From positions 3,552,001 through 3,616,000 of the forward strand of contig OZ241907.1 of assembly GCA_965203515.1 (NCBI GenBank): a stretch of 64,000 nt of DNA. The letters run 5' to 3'. Shown here piece by piece: positions 9,703 to 19,485 of the stretch (position 1 is the stretch's first letter; every line of letters begins with the position of its first letter). A model generated the notes under the pieces. That model saw only the letters and a list, made by a program, of their open reading frames with translations. It searched no databases and had not been told where the DNA came from. This DNA comes from Spirochaetia bacterium. GTDB taxonomy: Bacteria > Spirochaetota > Spirochaetia > SZUA-6 > Bin103. The translations under genes were made by a program, and so were the position numbers.

Positions 9703-10602
9703 CTACAGGAACCGCCGCAGGCCGGCCAGGGTCTCGCGGGTCGACTCCGGGCCGGTATCGCCCGGCTTGCGCCAATGGGTTTCGACGCTGACGACGCCGG
9801 CATAGCCGTCGCTGCGGAGCGCGGCGATCTGGCCGGCGTAGTCGACGGCGCCGCTGCCGATCGGCGCCCAGCGCGTCAGGCCGGTGACGGCGTCCACGAC
9901 CTGGGCGTCCTTCACGTGCACGTGGATCAGGTACGGGAGCACGGCGCGGTAGCCGTCCGGCCAGGGCCTGCCGCCGGACACGAAGTCGTTGCCGGGGTCC
10001 CAGATGGCGCGCAGGCGCGGGTCGTCGACGGCGGCCAGGATGCGGGCCGCGTTGTGCCCGGAGTTGCCCCAGCAGGAGCGCACGTTCTCCAACCCGAGCG
10101 TGACGCCGTGCTGGCCGGCGACCGACGCCGCCGCGCGCAGCCCGGCGGCGATCTTGGGCAGCAGGGCGTCGGGGATGGCGCCGCCGCGCGCCTCCCGCGG
10201 GGAGGGGTTGCCGGCGCCGGTCATGTAGCTGCGCCGGAACGAGAAGACGCGCACGATGCCGGCTCCCAACTCGCCGGCCGCGTGGCAGCTCCGCCGGACC
10301 TGCTCCAGGTGCTCGACCACCGCCGGGTGGCGGGTCACGTCCGCGGCCGGCACCTCGTCCAGCTCGATCGCCTTGAAGGCGGGCGGATCGACCGCGACCA
10401 CCTGCAGCCCCTCGCCGGCGATCATCCGGCCCAGGTCGGCGATCTCCGCGTCCGACAGCTCGTGGACCCCGCGCCCGCCGACCCGGTTGAGCTCGACGTG
10501 GCTGAAGCCCATCTCCCGCGCCGCCGGCAGCGCGACCGCCGGGTCTTCCGCGATCTCGTCGGTAACGACGCCGAGCAGGAACGTCACGTCAGGTGATTTC
10601 AC
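9703..10602 (-). CDS. Sugar phosphate isomerase/epimerase (xylose isomerase-like TIM barrel)
   Basis: GVVTDEI, LGLEN, WDPGN, HVHVKD, SVETH metal-binding motifs. Start is 10602 or 10587. Confidence 0.85.
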   Translation of the reverse strand: MKSPDVTFLLGVVTDEIAEDPAVALPAAREMGFSHVELNRVGGRGVHELSDAEIADLGRMIAGEGLQVVAVDPPAFKAIELDEVPAADVTRHPAVVEHLEQVRRSCHAAGELGAGIVRVFSFRRSYMTGAGNPSPREARGGAIPDALLPKIAAGLRAAASVAGQHGVTLGLENVRSCWGNSGHNAARILAAVDDPRLRAIWDPGNDFVSGGRPWPDGYRAVLPYLIHVHVKDAQVVDAVTGLTRWAPIGSGAVDYAGQIAALRSDGYAGVVSVETHWRKPGDTGPESTRETLAGLRRFL

Positions 10603-10685
10603 GCGCGCAGAGCATGCTCCGTCCTCCCCGCCCGGTTCAAGTCCCGTCGTGAGCCACCGGACCCGCCTGCAGCAGCGCGCCACGG
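10404..10685 (+). repeat. Left copy of second duplication (TIM-barrel 5' end plus orphan 3' end of the downstream oxygenase-like gene)
   Basis: Near-identical to 11278-11458 apart from an approximately 111-nt deletion in the right copy. Confidence 0.85.
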
Positions 10686-10766
10686 CGCATCTCTCCGGGC
10701 GGGAATCGTCGTTCGCCGCCGAGACCCGATTGGGCTATGCTATAACTGCAGGGAAGAGATCAGGCT

Positions 10767-11273
10767 ATGCAGACCCTTGGCGAAGTGCGCGACCACTCCA
10801 TCGACAGGGCGACCACGGAGGACGCGTTCCGCGCCTGGCCGCTGATCTTCACCTACAAGGGAAATGTCTTCGGCCGCGGGTTCATCGCTTCGATCCATGC
10901 GGTGAGCCGTATACTCGGAGTCCGGGAGGATGACGGGATCTGGCTCAGCGGCGTACAACCCGGAGGCATGGCCGCCGGAGGAAAGGATATACCGGCGGCT
11001 TACACCGATTTGCGGAATACGTTCCTTGGCATCCTGGCGGACATCGCGTCCACGGCCGACACGTACGAAGCCTTTCGAGCCGAGGTCGAGCGCTTCTTCG
11101 ACGAGCGTGACGAGACCGCGATGGCTGACTGGAACGCCGCCGTGGCCGCCTACCGGTCGCTTCCCACCGGAAGACGTGGTGCCCGTCGTCCCATGGTGCA
11201 GGTTTTCCACGTCCGCAAGATGGTCAACCACCTCGGCATCAGCCCCGCATGTGCAGATGAGTATATGTCGTAG
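10767..11273 (+). CDS. Hypothetical protein, possibly HicB-like fold
   Basis: 168-aa ORF with extended -10 TGcTATAAC upstream. Segment EDDGIWLSGVQPGGMAAGGKDIPAAYTDLRNTF loosely resembles the HicB core. Confidence 0.6.
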   Translation: MQTLGEVRDHSIDRATTEDAFRAWPLIFTYKGNVFGRGFIASIHAVSRILGVREDDGIWLSGVQPGGMAAGGKDIPAAYTDLRNTFLGILADIASTADTYEAFRAEVERFFDERDETAMADWNAAVAAYRSLPTGRRGARRPMVQVFHVRKMVNHLGISPACADEYMS

Positions 11274-11277
11274 CCGC

Positions 11278-11458
11278 GCAGCCCTTCGCCGGTGATCATC
11301 CGGCCCAGGTCCCGCGATCTCGTCGGTAACGACGCCGAGCAGAACGTCACGTCAGGTGGTTTCACGTCGTGGTCGCGCAGAGCCTGCTCCGTCCTCCCCG
11401 CCCGGTTCAAGTCCCGTCGTGAGCCACCGGACCCGCCTGCAGCGCGCCGCCGTCCGCC
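11278..11458 (+). repeat. Right copy of second duplication (deleted TIM-barrel remnant plus the true end of the oxygenase-like gene)
   Basis: Matches 10404-10685. The deletion junction is at the microhomology GCGATCTC (10439 and 10550). Confidence 0.85.
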
Positions 11459-12282
11459 ACGTTGCGGAACCACTCATGGGAGACCCGCGGCGCGCGGCCG
11501 TCGACGTTGGCCGCTCCGCGCCCGGCGCGCACGTCGCCGCCGTCGACGATGCGAGTGTCGATGCTCAGGCGCGTTCGTCCCGTCCGGTTGGGCCGGCTGG
11601 CATGCAGATGCGCCCCGGAGAAGCAGAGCAGATCGCCGGGCTCGATGACCACCGGCAGCGCCGGCGGGGCGTCGGCGTCGAGCGGCGTTTGGCATTCGGG
11701 CAGCAGGGGGTAGCGCCCCGGCGACTCGCGCAGCCGCTCGATGTCCCAGGCGGCGCTGGTATTGGGCACCGCGCGGTCGAACAGCGTCGGCCAGATCACC
11801 AGCGTGGCGCCGGCGTCGATGGGAAATACCGGGCTCCACAGGTTGATCTGCGCCATGACGTTGGAGCCCCACGTATCGCGGTGCGGCGGCAGGTCCCGCA
11901 CCCGCCGGCCGCGGTGCGCGGCGCCGCTCGGCTGCAGGCGCAGGATGAGGCGGTCGGCGTAGGTGGAGGCCGGGTCGAGCCCCAACGCCGCGATCACCGC
12001 CCGCAGCGCCGCGCGCACCTGTTCGTCGCGCATGAACGAGCGGCGTAGCGCCGCGGCGCGGGCCAGGAACTCGGCCGGCGCGAACGACTCCTCGGCGCGC
12101 GGCGGAGCGGCGGGCGCAAACGCCGCGCCGGCCATCTCCTGCGCTCGCGCGGCCAGGGCGGCCATCGCCGCCATCCGGCGGAACACCAGCAGCTCCCCGC
12201 GGTAGAGGCGCTCCCGGTCGAGCGGCGTCGCCCCGTCGGCGATCGCGGCAGGCTCCTCGAGTCGATACCGACCGTCCATCAT
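11407..12282 (-). CDS. Hypothetical protein, 2OG-Fe(II) oxygenase-like
   Basis: HxD motif PPHRDTW, distal HLHAS and RLSID, as in jelly-roll dioxygenases. Confidence 0.65.
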   Translation of the reverse strand: MMDGRYRLEEPAAIADGATPLDRERLYRGELLVFRRMAAMAALAARAQEMAGAAFAPAAPPRAEESFAPAEFLARAAALRRSFMRDEQVRAALRAVIAALGLDPASTYADRLILRLQPSGAAHRGRRVRDLPPHRDTWGSNVMAQINLWSPVFPIDAGATLVIWPTLFDRAVPNTSAAWDIERLRESPGRYPLLPECQTPLDADAPPALPVVIEPGDLLCFSGAHLHASRPNRTGRTRLSIDTRIVDGGDVRAGRGAANVDGRAPRVSHEWFRNVADGGALQAGPVAHDGT

Positions 12283-12397
12283 CCCCGGATTGTGCGCCCC
12301 GCGATCCGAAATGTCGACGATTCGGGCCTGCGCTTGCCAGTTCTTCCGCCGCCGGCTACGCTTTCCCGACGCTATCTCGGGAGATGAGAGGAGACAT

Positions 12398-13753
12398 ATG
12401 GGAATACGCATTCGGCCGGCGGAGATTGAAGTACCCTGCAACGACCCGTTCCAGAACGACTTGCTGGACAGAAAGAAGTCTGCGGAAATTCTCACCCGGC
12501 TCGTCGATAACATCGAGGGGCCATGCGTCCTGACCATCGATGCCCCCTGGGGCGCCGGCAAGACCACGTTTCTCAAGATGTGGTCGCAGCATCTACGCAA
12601 TGAGGGATTCCCGATCGTCGAGTTCAACGCCTGGGAGACCGACCATGCCGAAGATCCCTTCGTAGCCCTGGCCTCGGAGCTTGAGGATGGGCTAAAAACG
12701 TTTGGTGACGGATCGTTCAAAGAAAAAGTCAATGATATTATGGAGGCCGCGAAAGAGGTGATCATCCGATCCATTCCAGGATTTATTCGAATCGCAACTT
12801 CGGGTATCGTGGATGTTCATGCACTGAAGGAAGCAGGGAACATGCTCGCGTCCTATGCAGAGGACCGACTTGGCAGGTACAAGGATGGTGACAAATCGAT
12901 CAGAAAATTCCGGGATAAACTTCAGGGAATGGCCAGCTCCTTGGCTCAATCCACGAAGCATCCGCTCATGGTCGTCATCGATGAGCTGGACAGATGCCGC
13001 CCATCCTATGCGGTTGCGCTCATCGAGGTCGCGAAGCATCTGTTCGATGCAGACCACGTCGTCTTCGTGCTGGCAGTGAACCGTACCCAACTCACCCATT
13101 CGATCAGAGCACTCTACGGGAGCGAGTTCGACGCCACCGGCTACCTGCGCAGGTTCTTCGATATCGACTTCAGACTCCCTGAGCCCGATCGGACGGGGTT
13201 CATTCAAGGTTTGTTGAATGGAGTAAAGGTCGAAATGAATGTCGATCTACTGATAGAGTTCTTTGGATTGTCGGACTTTAGTCTTCGGCAAATCGGCCAG
13301 GTGATCCATCGGTTTGGGTTGGCGGCGGCCTCGTTGCGAAACGTCCAGCCTGCTTTCCAGAGGATCCATGGCGAGGTCATCGAAGTGGCGTTAATCATCA
13401 GGACAATCGATACTGATGTTTATTGGCAATTCGTGCGAGGATATCTGTCTGATCAAGAGCTCGTAGATGCCATAGGTAAGCGAGTCACCATCAGAGATGC
13501 GCGGTTCGATGCTGTCATTGTAGTGGCTGCTAGGGAGATAGCAAGCCAAAAAAAGAATGTGAAATATGATCGACAGGCCAAGTCACCGCTAATTGATCGG
13601 CATCAAGAACAGGCAAGCATCTACGGGGAGCGAGTTGTCGAATGTGTAAGAGACTACGAAGACGGTAGTCCTTTTCCGATTATAGATGGATTTGGTTTCT
13701 TGGATGCGGTTCGACGGATAGAGTTATTTGACAGGTGGGACGAACGTCCGTGA
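12398..13753 (+). CDS. KAP-family P-loop NTPase
   Basis: Walker A DAPWGAGKT, FNAWETD, Walker B VVIDELDRCRP, YLRRFFD. Low GC. GGAGA RBS before ATG 12398. Confidence 0.88.
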   Translation: MGIRIRPAEIEVPCNDPFQNDLLDRKKSAEILTRLVDNIEGPCVLTIDAPWGAGKTTFLKMWSQHLRNEGFPIVEFNAWETDHAEDPFVALASELEDGLKTFGDGSFKEKVNDIMEAAKEVIIRSIPGFIRIATSGIVDVHALKEAGNMLASYAEDRLGRYKDGDKSIRKFRDKLQGMASSLAQSTKHPLMVVIDELDRCRPSYAVALIEVAKHLFDADHVVFVLAVNRTQLTHSIRALYGSEFDATGYLRRFFDIDFRLPEPDRTGFIQGLLNGVKVEMNVDLLIEFFGLSDFSLRQIGQVIHRFGLAAASLRNVQPAFQRIHGEVIEVALIIRTIDTDVYWQFVRGYLSDQELVDAIGKRVTIRDARFDAVIVVAAREIASQKKNVKYDRQAKSPLIDRHQEQASIYGERVVECVRDYEDGSPFPIIDGFGFLDAVRRIELFDRWDERP

Positions 13754-13770
13754 GTGGTGGCCCAATGGGT

Positions 13771-14498
13771 TTACCAAGCCAGGCTGGTACCGCGTTGGCG
13801 GAGGTCTTCGCGACGGCGTTGGTAGTCGGGCAGGACGCGGCCGACGGCCTGCCAGTAGTCGCGGCCGTGGCCGCGGTGGCGCAGGTGGACCAGCTCGTGG
13901 ACCACGACGTAGTCGACCAGCCGCATGGGGGCCTGGATGATGCGCCAGTTCAGGCGGACGATGCCGTGCGGTCGCAGCTCCCCCACCGCTTCCGCTGATC
14001 GGAGATGACGATGCGCGGCAGCTCGACGCCGGCCTTCGCGCGCCAGGCCGCCACCCGTTCCGGCAATCGCGCGGCCGCGTGCCGGCGAAACCAGGCGACC
14101 AAGGCGGCGCGCACGTGCTCCGTCCGCTCCGCTCCGTGCGGCGCGGGTACGTGCAGCCAACCGCCGCGCAGCTTGGCGGCGCCGGTCTCCCCCGAATGGA
14201 CCTTCAGACGATAGTGGCGCCCGAGATAGAGCACGCTCTCACCGCTGACGAACTCGCGCGGCGCGGGCGGCGGGTCGTGAGACTGCACGTGCCGCCGCCG
14301 CCGCGCGATCCACGCCGCCTTCCGCTGCACCAGCGCGTCCAGCCGGCGGGTGGGAAACTGTTCCGGGGCCACCAGCAGCACGCTGCCGTCGGGAGCCACC
14401 GTGACCGCTACGGTCTTCTTCCGCCGCCGGCTGCGGCGGATGGCGTACGCCAGCCTCGTCCCGCCCCAGGTAACCGCCGAGGTCTCGGCGGCGGTCAC
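13771..14498 (-). pseudogene. M48/YgjP-like (DUF45) metallopeptidase, frameshifted near 13965
   Basis: RWGSC is in one frame, and IVRLNWRII...DYVVVHELVHL (HExxH) is in another. Typical gene downstream of hsdR. Could be a sequencing indel. Confidence 0.8.
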
Positions 14499-17400
14499 GG
14501 GGCGGCCCGCACCTTGGCGAGATCGACGATGCCGAGGGTGAGCGCCTCCATGTCATCCTCCGCGAGACCGCGGGCGCGCAGGTGCTGCTTGATCGTGCGC
14601 CGCATCTGGCGCTGCAGGTCCTCCTTCTGCCACCAGTCGACCAGGGTGGTGAACGGTTCGATCGCCTCATCGAGATCGGCAGCGAGGTCGCGGTCGCCGG
14701 TATCGTAGGCGGCGAACCGCTCGTCGATCTCGCTCTTGCTCGGGCGCTGTTTCGCCAACAAACCATAGATGGCGAAGCCGCGCGCGTCGAGGCCGAGGTC
14801 CTGCGCTCGCGTTTGCTCACCCTTGACATCGCCGCGCAGGTCGGTCAGGAGCGAAAGCTGCTCAGCGGCGTCTATCCGTTCCACGCGCCGCTTCTCGACA
14901 ATCTCCTCCAGACGCTCGCGCAGCGACTGGTAGAAGGCGGGATTCTCGTCCATGTGGGCGCTGATTTCGTGGCGGATAGCGTGCTCCATCTCGCTGGCCT
15001 TCGCCTCATCGGTGGCCAACGCCCCGATCTTCTCCTCGAACTCCGGCGAGAAGAGCGGTACTTCCTTGACCAGAATCTCGATGCGGTCCGCCACGACCGC
15101 GTCGGCGATCAGCGTGCGCACCTTCTCCCCGCAGCCGGACAGATCGAGGCGGTCGTCGCGGTAGCGGGCGCGCGCGGCGCCGCGGATCTTGCCCAGCCAG
15201 CGGAGGTCGGCATGGTACGCGAGCGCGCGCCGGTCCGGCAGCAGCATGTCCATCGACTGGCTGAAGCGGCGGAACGCGAGGTCGAACGCGGCCCGGACAT
15301 CCTCCGGCTCCAGCACCCGCACGCAGGCGTTCAGATCGCTCGTATCCGTCACCGTCCGGAAGAACTTCATCGCCGCCGCATGCCGGGTCTGCAGGCGCGG
15401 CAACTCGTCCACGTTCGACGTCAGCGCCCCCTGCACTTCGGCCGTCGAAAAGATCGCCAGCGCGTCCTGCAGCTTGGCGGACACGCCCCAGTAATCGACC
15501 ACCAGCCCGTAGGTCTTTTCGTCGCCGTGCGGGCGATTGACGCGGGCGATGGCCTGCAACAGCGAATGTTCCTTGAGCGGCGCATCGAGATACATCACCT
15601 GTTCCGCCGGCGCGTCGAAGCCGGTCAGCAGCATGTCGCACACCACCAGGATGGCGAGCGGGTCATCACGATCCTTGAACCGTTCGACGAGCCGATCCTG
15701 CTCCTCCTTGCGCAAATGCCAGCGGGCCAGCCGCTGCTCGTCGTTGTGCAGCGCCGACATGATCAGCGCCGACTCGGGGCCATGCAGCCGGTCCAGCGTC
15801 TCCTTGTAGGTGACCGCGGCGTGACGGCTGGCCGCCACCACCTGCGCCTTGAAGCGGTTCGGAGCGATGAACTTGCTGAAGTGATCGAGCAGGTCCAGGC
15901 AGACCGTTTCGATGCGGCGCGGGGCGCCGGCAATCGCCTGTTCGGTGGCGTAGCGCTGCTTGATGGCGGCGCGTTCGTCGTCGCTGCGGTCGGCGAACAC
16001 GCGGTCGAACACCTGATCGATGGTCTGGCCGATGATCTGCAACTCCGGGAGCCGACTTTCGTAGAAGATCGGCACCGTCGCTTGGTCCCGGACCGCCTGC
16101 TCGATGGTGTAGGTGTCGATGTAGGGGCCGAACGTGCGCAGCGTGCTGCGGTCCTGCTTGTCGATCGGCGTGCCGGTGAAGCCGAGGAAGCAGGCATTCG
16201 GCAGCGCCTGCCGCATGTTCGCCGCCAGACTGCGGTACTGGGTGCGATGGGCTTCGTCCACCATCACGAAGATGTTGGCGGCTTCGGACAGAACCGGATG
16301 CACCGAACGCCGCCGCGCCGCGCTGCCGGCGCCGGTGATCTCCTGGAACTTCTGGATGGTAGTCATCACCGTCTTGCCGGTGGGATGTTCCAGGATTCGC
16401 CGCAGATCGCGCACGCTGTCGGCCCGTTCGGGGTTCGGGAATCCGCAGGCGGTGAACACTCCGGCGATCTGCCGGTCGAGCTTGGTGCGGTCGGTGACGA
16501 TGACGACCGCCGGCTGCCGCTGCGCTTCATCGCGCCGCAGCTTGAGCGCCAGCCACAGCATCGTCAGACTCTTGCCCGAGCCCTGGGTGTGCCAGACGAT
16601 GCCGCCGCGCGCGCTCGGTTGGCGCGCGGTCCCGATGCGCCGCAACGCCTCGTTCACGGCGATGAATTGCTTGTAGCGGGCCAGCTTGCGGACCGCGCGG
16701 CCGCCCTCGATCTCGAACACCACGAAGTTGCGCATCACGTCGAGCAGGTTGCGCGGTGCGAGCAGCCCGTAGAGCAGGATGTCCTGCGGCGCCGGCGCGC
16801 GGCCAAGGTGCGCGCCGAGCTGCGCCACGCTCAGGGGGTACGGCTCCTTCCACTCGAGGAAGAACCGTTCGGGCGTGCCGACCGTGCCGTATACGGCGCG
16901 CTCGCCGCACGTGGCGATGAGAACCTGCGCCGCGGCGAACAGGTGCGGCGCGCCCTGATCCTTCCAGCGCGGGTCCGCTTCCTGGTAGCGGCGAAGCTGC
17001 TTGACCGCGGCGGCCTTCCAGGCGTCGCCGATGGTGGGACTCTTGCACTCGATGACCGCCAGCGGCAGCCCGTTCACGAACACCGTCACGTCGGGAATGA
17101 CGTGCTTCTTCGCCCCGAGCACGCGGTATTGGCGCGTCACGATCCAGTCGTTGCCGCCCGGATCATCGAAGTCGAGAAACCGGACCGTATGGCTCTTGCG
17201 GCCGCCGCCCCGGTCCTGCTCCAGCGCGATGCCGTAGGTAAGCGAGGTGTAGAGCTTCTCGTTGGCCTCGGCGAGGCTGGCCGCCGGCACCTGAGTCACG
17301 GCCCGCACCGCCTGCGTCACGTTGGCCTCGGACAGCCAAGGGTTCAGACGCTTGAGGGCCTGGGCAAGCCGGCGGGTCAGCACGGCCTCCTTGACGCTCG

Positions 17401-17518
17401 CGCGTTCGCCTTCCAGGTCTTCAGGCGCGGCATACGTGTAACCGAGGGACCGCAGCAGCTCCACCGCCGGCTCCTCCGCAAGACGGCGCTCGTCCCACCC
17501 GGCCGCGGTCGGGCTCAT
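14495..17518 (-). CDS. hsdR: Type I restriction endonuclease subunit R
   Basis: PD...FVNGLPLAVIECK nuclease, WHTQGSGKS, VDEAHR, GFTGTP, MLLTGFDAP, QAIARVNR. Confidence 0.95.
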   Translation of the reverse strand: MSPTAAGWDERRLAEEPAVELLRSLGYTYAAPEDLEGERASVKEAVLTRRLAQALKRLNPWLSEANVTQAVRAVTQVPAASLAEANEKLYTSLTYGIALEQDRGGGRKSHTVRFLDFDDPGGNDWIVTRQYRVLGAKKHVIPDVTVFVNGLPLAVIECKSPTIGDAWKAAAVKQLRRYQEADPRWKDQGAPHLFAAAQVLIATCGERAVYGTVGTPERFFLEWKEPYPLSVAQLGAHLGRAPAPQDILLYGLLAPRNLLDVMRNFVVFEIEGGRAVRKLARYKQFIAVNEALRRIGTARQPSARGGIVWHTQGSGKSLTMLWLALKLRRDEAQRQPAVVIVTDRTKLDRQIAGVFTACGFPNPERADSVRDLRRILEHPTGKTVMTTIQKFQEITGAGSAARRRSVHPVLSEAANIFVMVDEAHRTQYRSLAANMRQALPNACFLGFTGTPIDKQDRSTLRTFGPYIDTYTIEQAVRDQATVPIFYESRLPELQIIGQTIDQVFDRVFADRSDDERAAIKQRYATEQAIAGAPRRIETVCLDLLDHFSKFIAPNRFKAQVVAASRHAAVTYKETLDRLHGPESALIMSALHNDEQRLARWHLRKEEQDRLVERFKDRDDPLAILVVCDMLLTGFDAPAEQVMYLDAPLKEHSLLQAIARVNRPHGDEKTYGLVVDYWGVSAKLQDALAIFSTAEVQGALTSNVDELPRLQTRHAAAMKFFRTVTDTSDLNACVRVLEPEDVRAAFDLAFRRFSQSMDMLLPDRRALAYHADLRWLGKIRGAARARYRDDRLDLSGCGEKVRTLIADAVVADRIEILVKEVPLFSPEFEEKIGALATDEAKASEMEHAIRHEISAHMDENPAFYQSLRERLEEIVEKRRVERIDAAEQLSLLTDLRGDVKGEQTRAQDLGLDARGFAIYGLLAKQRPSKSEIDERFAAYDTGDRDLAADLDEAIEPFTTLVDWWQKEDLQRQMRRTIKQHLRARGLAEDDMEALTLGIVDLAKVRAAP

Positions 17519-18789
17519 GCCGCCTCCGTATCCGGGGTCACGCGGACCTCGCCGGTCAAGAGGGCCGGCATCAACCCACTCTTGACAACCTGCAGCCTAT
17601 CCATGATCGCTTGGTTCTTTTCAACGATGTCGTCCACCGACGAGCAAGTTACAGCAATCATACGTTGTTCTATGATCGGGGGGAGTGGTATTCTAACGTG
17701 CTCGATATCGCGTCTGCGTAGTCCGAATCTCGTAATGCCGTTCGCACACGTCCGAAACTGCTGCTTAACAATGTTTGTACTCAGAGCGTAATGAAGAAAT
17801 TCTCCATTCAAGAACGATCCCGATGGACGTAGAATCGCGAGATGGTAGCCACAAATCAGGTCTCCTACCTCTTCTCTAACCAATGCCGGGACACCAATAT
17901 CGTGAGGCGTCTCTGAGTCTTTGGTTATGACGACATCACCGACTTCCAATTTAAAATTGTCGATCTCACGTTGCGTAACCGTTGCCTCCATATAGTCCAT
18001 ATCAGCTCCGACAACGCGATGATTGTATACGTCAGTGTAATTACAAAGACGAACGTATATTTCTCCAGGAATAATCTTCTTGTCAACGCCGCTAAGGCGC
18101 ACATCAACAACTTGTCCAAGAGGCACGAACATCCATCCTTTCGGAAACTCTCCAACCTCGGTTCTTTGAAACCGACTATGACGCCCCGGCAGCCCTCGCG
18201 TGAACAGTTCCTGCATCAGTCCGCGCTTGACGATCTTCGCTTGGTCGATGACCGCCTGGGTCTTCTCGATAGCGTCGTCCACCGAGGAAAGAATCGCGGC
18301 AATCTTGCGCTGTTCAGAAAGAGGAGGCACGGACAACGGGTACGACCCTACGTGATAGGCCGTGACCGCCGGATAATTGCTTCCACTCATACGTGGCTTC
18401 AGATACTCAACGAAGCCAGTTGACAGAATGTGCTGGTATAGAAAGCGACCATCCACCCCGTCTCGTGGTCGGACGACTGCATAGCCTGTTGATACGACAA
18501 GATTGTCGGGCGCTTCGCGGACACGGGCGAAATTGCGCAGGTAAGGTCTTACGGTTGACACGAGAATATCGCCCTCGCGTACCACCCTTCTGGCGCGGCT
18601 CGGCGCGTCCTCGAAACGAAATGTCCGGGTATCGCCGATAACGCCCGGCTGCTCAATGGCTGAGATGTCAAGATACTCCAGCGAGTAATCGGGGTCGGTC
18701 CTACCCCCAATCTGCTCCGGGTTCACCTGCGCAAGGCTAACGATATTAGAGGATCTCCAAGCGTCCGGTTTCCGTTCCCGCTTGAGCAA
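17515..18789 (-). CDS. hsdS: Type I R-M specificity subunit
   Basis: Two low-GC TRDs, each followed by conserved PPLSEQRKIAAIL and LPPIIEQRMIA regions, ending LLTGEVRV. Start uncertain (TTG). Confidence 0.92.
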   Translation of the reverse strand: MLKRERKPDAWRSSNIVSLAQVNPEQIGGRTDPDYSLEYLDISAIEQPGVIGDTRTFRFEDAPSRARRVVREGDILVSTVRPYLRNFARVREAPDNLVVSTGYAVVRPRDGVDGRFLYQHILSTGFVEYLKPRMSGSNYPAVTAYHVGSYPLSVPPLSEQRKIAAILSSVDDAIEKTQAVIDQAKIVKRGLMQELFTRGLPGRHSRFQRTEVGEFPKGWMFVPLGQVVDVRLSGVDKKIIPGEIYVRLCNYTDVYNHRVVGADMDYMEATVTQREIDNFKLEVGDVVITKDSETPHDIGVPALVREEVGDLICGYHLAILRPSGSFLNGEFLHYALSTNIVKQQFRTCANGITRFGLRRRDIEHVRIPLPPIIEQRMIAVTCSSVDDIVEKNQAIMDRLQVVKSGLMPALLTGEVRVTPDTEAA

Positions 18790-19170
18790 TCCCGCATCCG
18801 ATGGCCGAATGGCTGAAGTAAGCGTGTTCCTGGTTCCTTACTCGGCGTAGCCGGCGCCATTGTCATCGAACTGCTGCTTGAGGCGCCAGAACGTAGCCTC
18901 GTCGATGCCGGTGGCTGCCTCTATGGTGGACCACGGTACATCGCGTTCCAGGAATCCCTGGATGGTTTGCAGCTGACCTCGCAGTTCGCCTTCCCGGCGG
19001 CCTTTCATTTCACCTTCCCGGATTCCTTCCCGGCGGCCTTCCTGGCGGCCTTCCCGGATGCCTTCCTGGCGGCCTTTCCGTATGCCCTCGTCGATCAGTA
19101 AGCGTCCGGTGAACCCCACCTTACAAGGGGATATATAGAGGTACATCGTCCCTGGCAGGAGGGACGAACG

Positions 19171-19485
19171 ATGAGACAGGGACGAGAGTATTGGAGCCGG
19201 CACGTGGCAGCGTGGCGACGCAGTGGGCTCACGAAGAAGGCGTATTGCGAGCAGCATGGTCTGTCCTACTGGTCGCTGCGCAACTGGGACGGCAAGCTGC
19301 CGGAGACGGCCGACCGGCGTCAGCCGCTGGTCGAGTTGGCGCGGGCGGCCGGCGGGGCCAAGGACGCCGAGCAGCACGCGACGATGGAGTTGCTGGTCGG
19401 CGAGCGGTACGTGCTGCGGCTGTGGCCGTCGGTCCGCGCTGAGCATCTGCGCGAGGTGCTGGCGGCGCTGGAGGCGCTGAAGTGA
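19171..19485 (+). CDS. tnpA: IS66 accessory protein TnpA
   Basis: W..HVAAWRRSGLTKKAYCEQHGL HTH-like N-terminus. Confidence 0.85.
   Translation: MRQGREYWSRHVAAWRRSGLTKKAYCEQHGLSYWSLRNWDGKLPETADRRQPLVELARAAGGAKDAEQHATMELLVGERYVLRLWPSVRAEHLREVLAALEALK

Noticed and set aside
14582..17791. 1069-aa plus-strand ORF and many other long overlapping ORFs (for example 5..1222, 7164..9212, 28796..30451, and the 5' part of 34262..37759)
   Set aside because: Shadow ORFs antisense to recognisable genes, as expected at about 70% GC. No motifs.
18838..18860. Rpn A1 end (GYAE*) resembling the hsdM end (GYGE*) as a possible target duplication
   Set aside because: The other Rpn copies end GHE* and GHAE*, so it is the native Rpn terminus. 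The similarity is coincidental.
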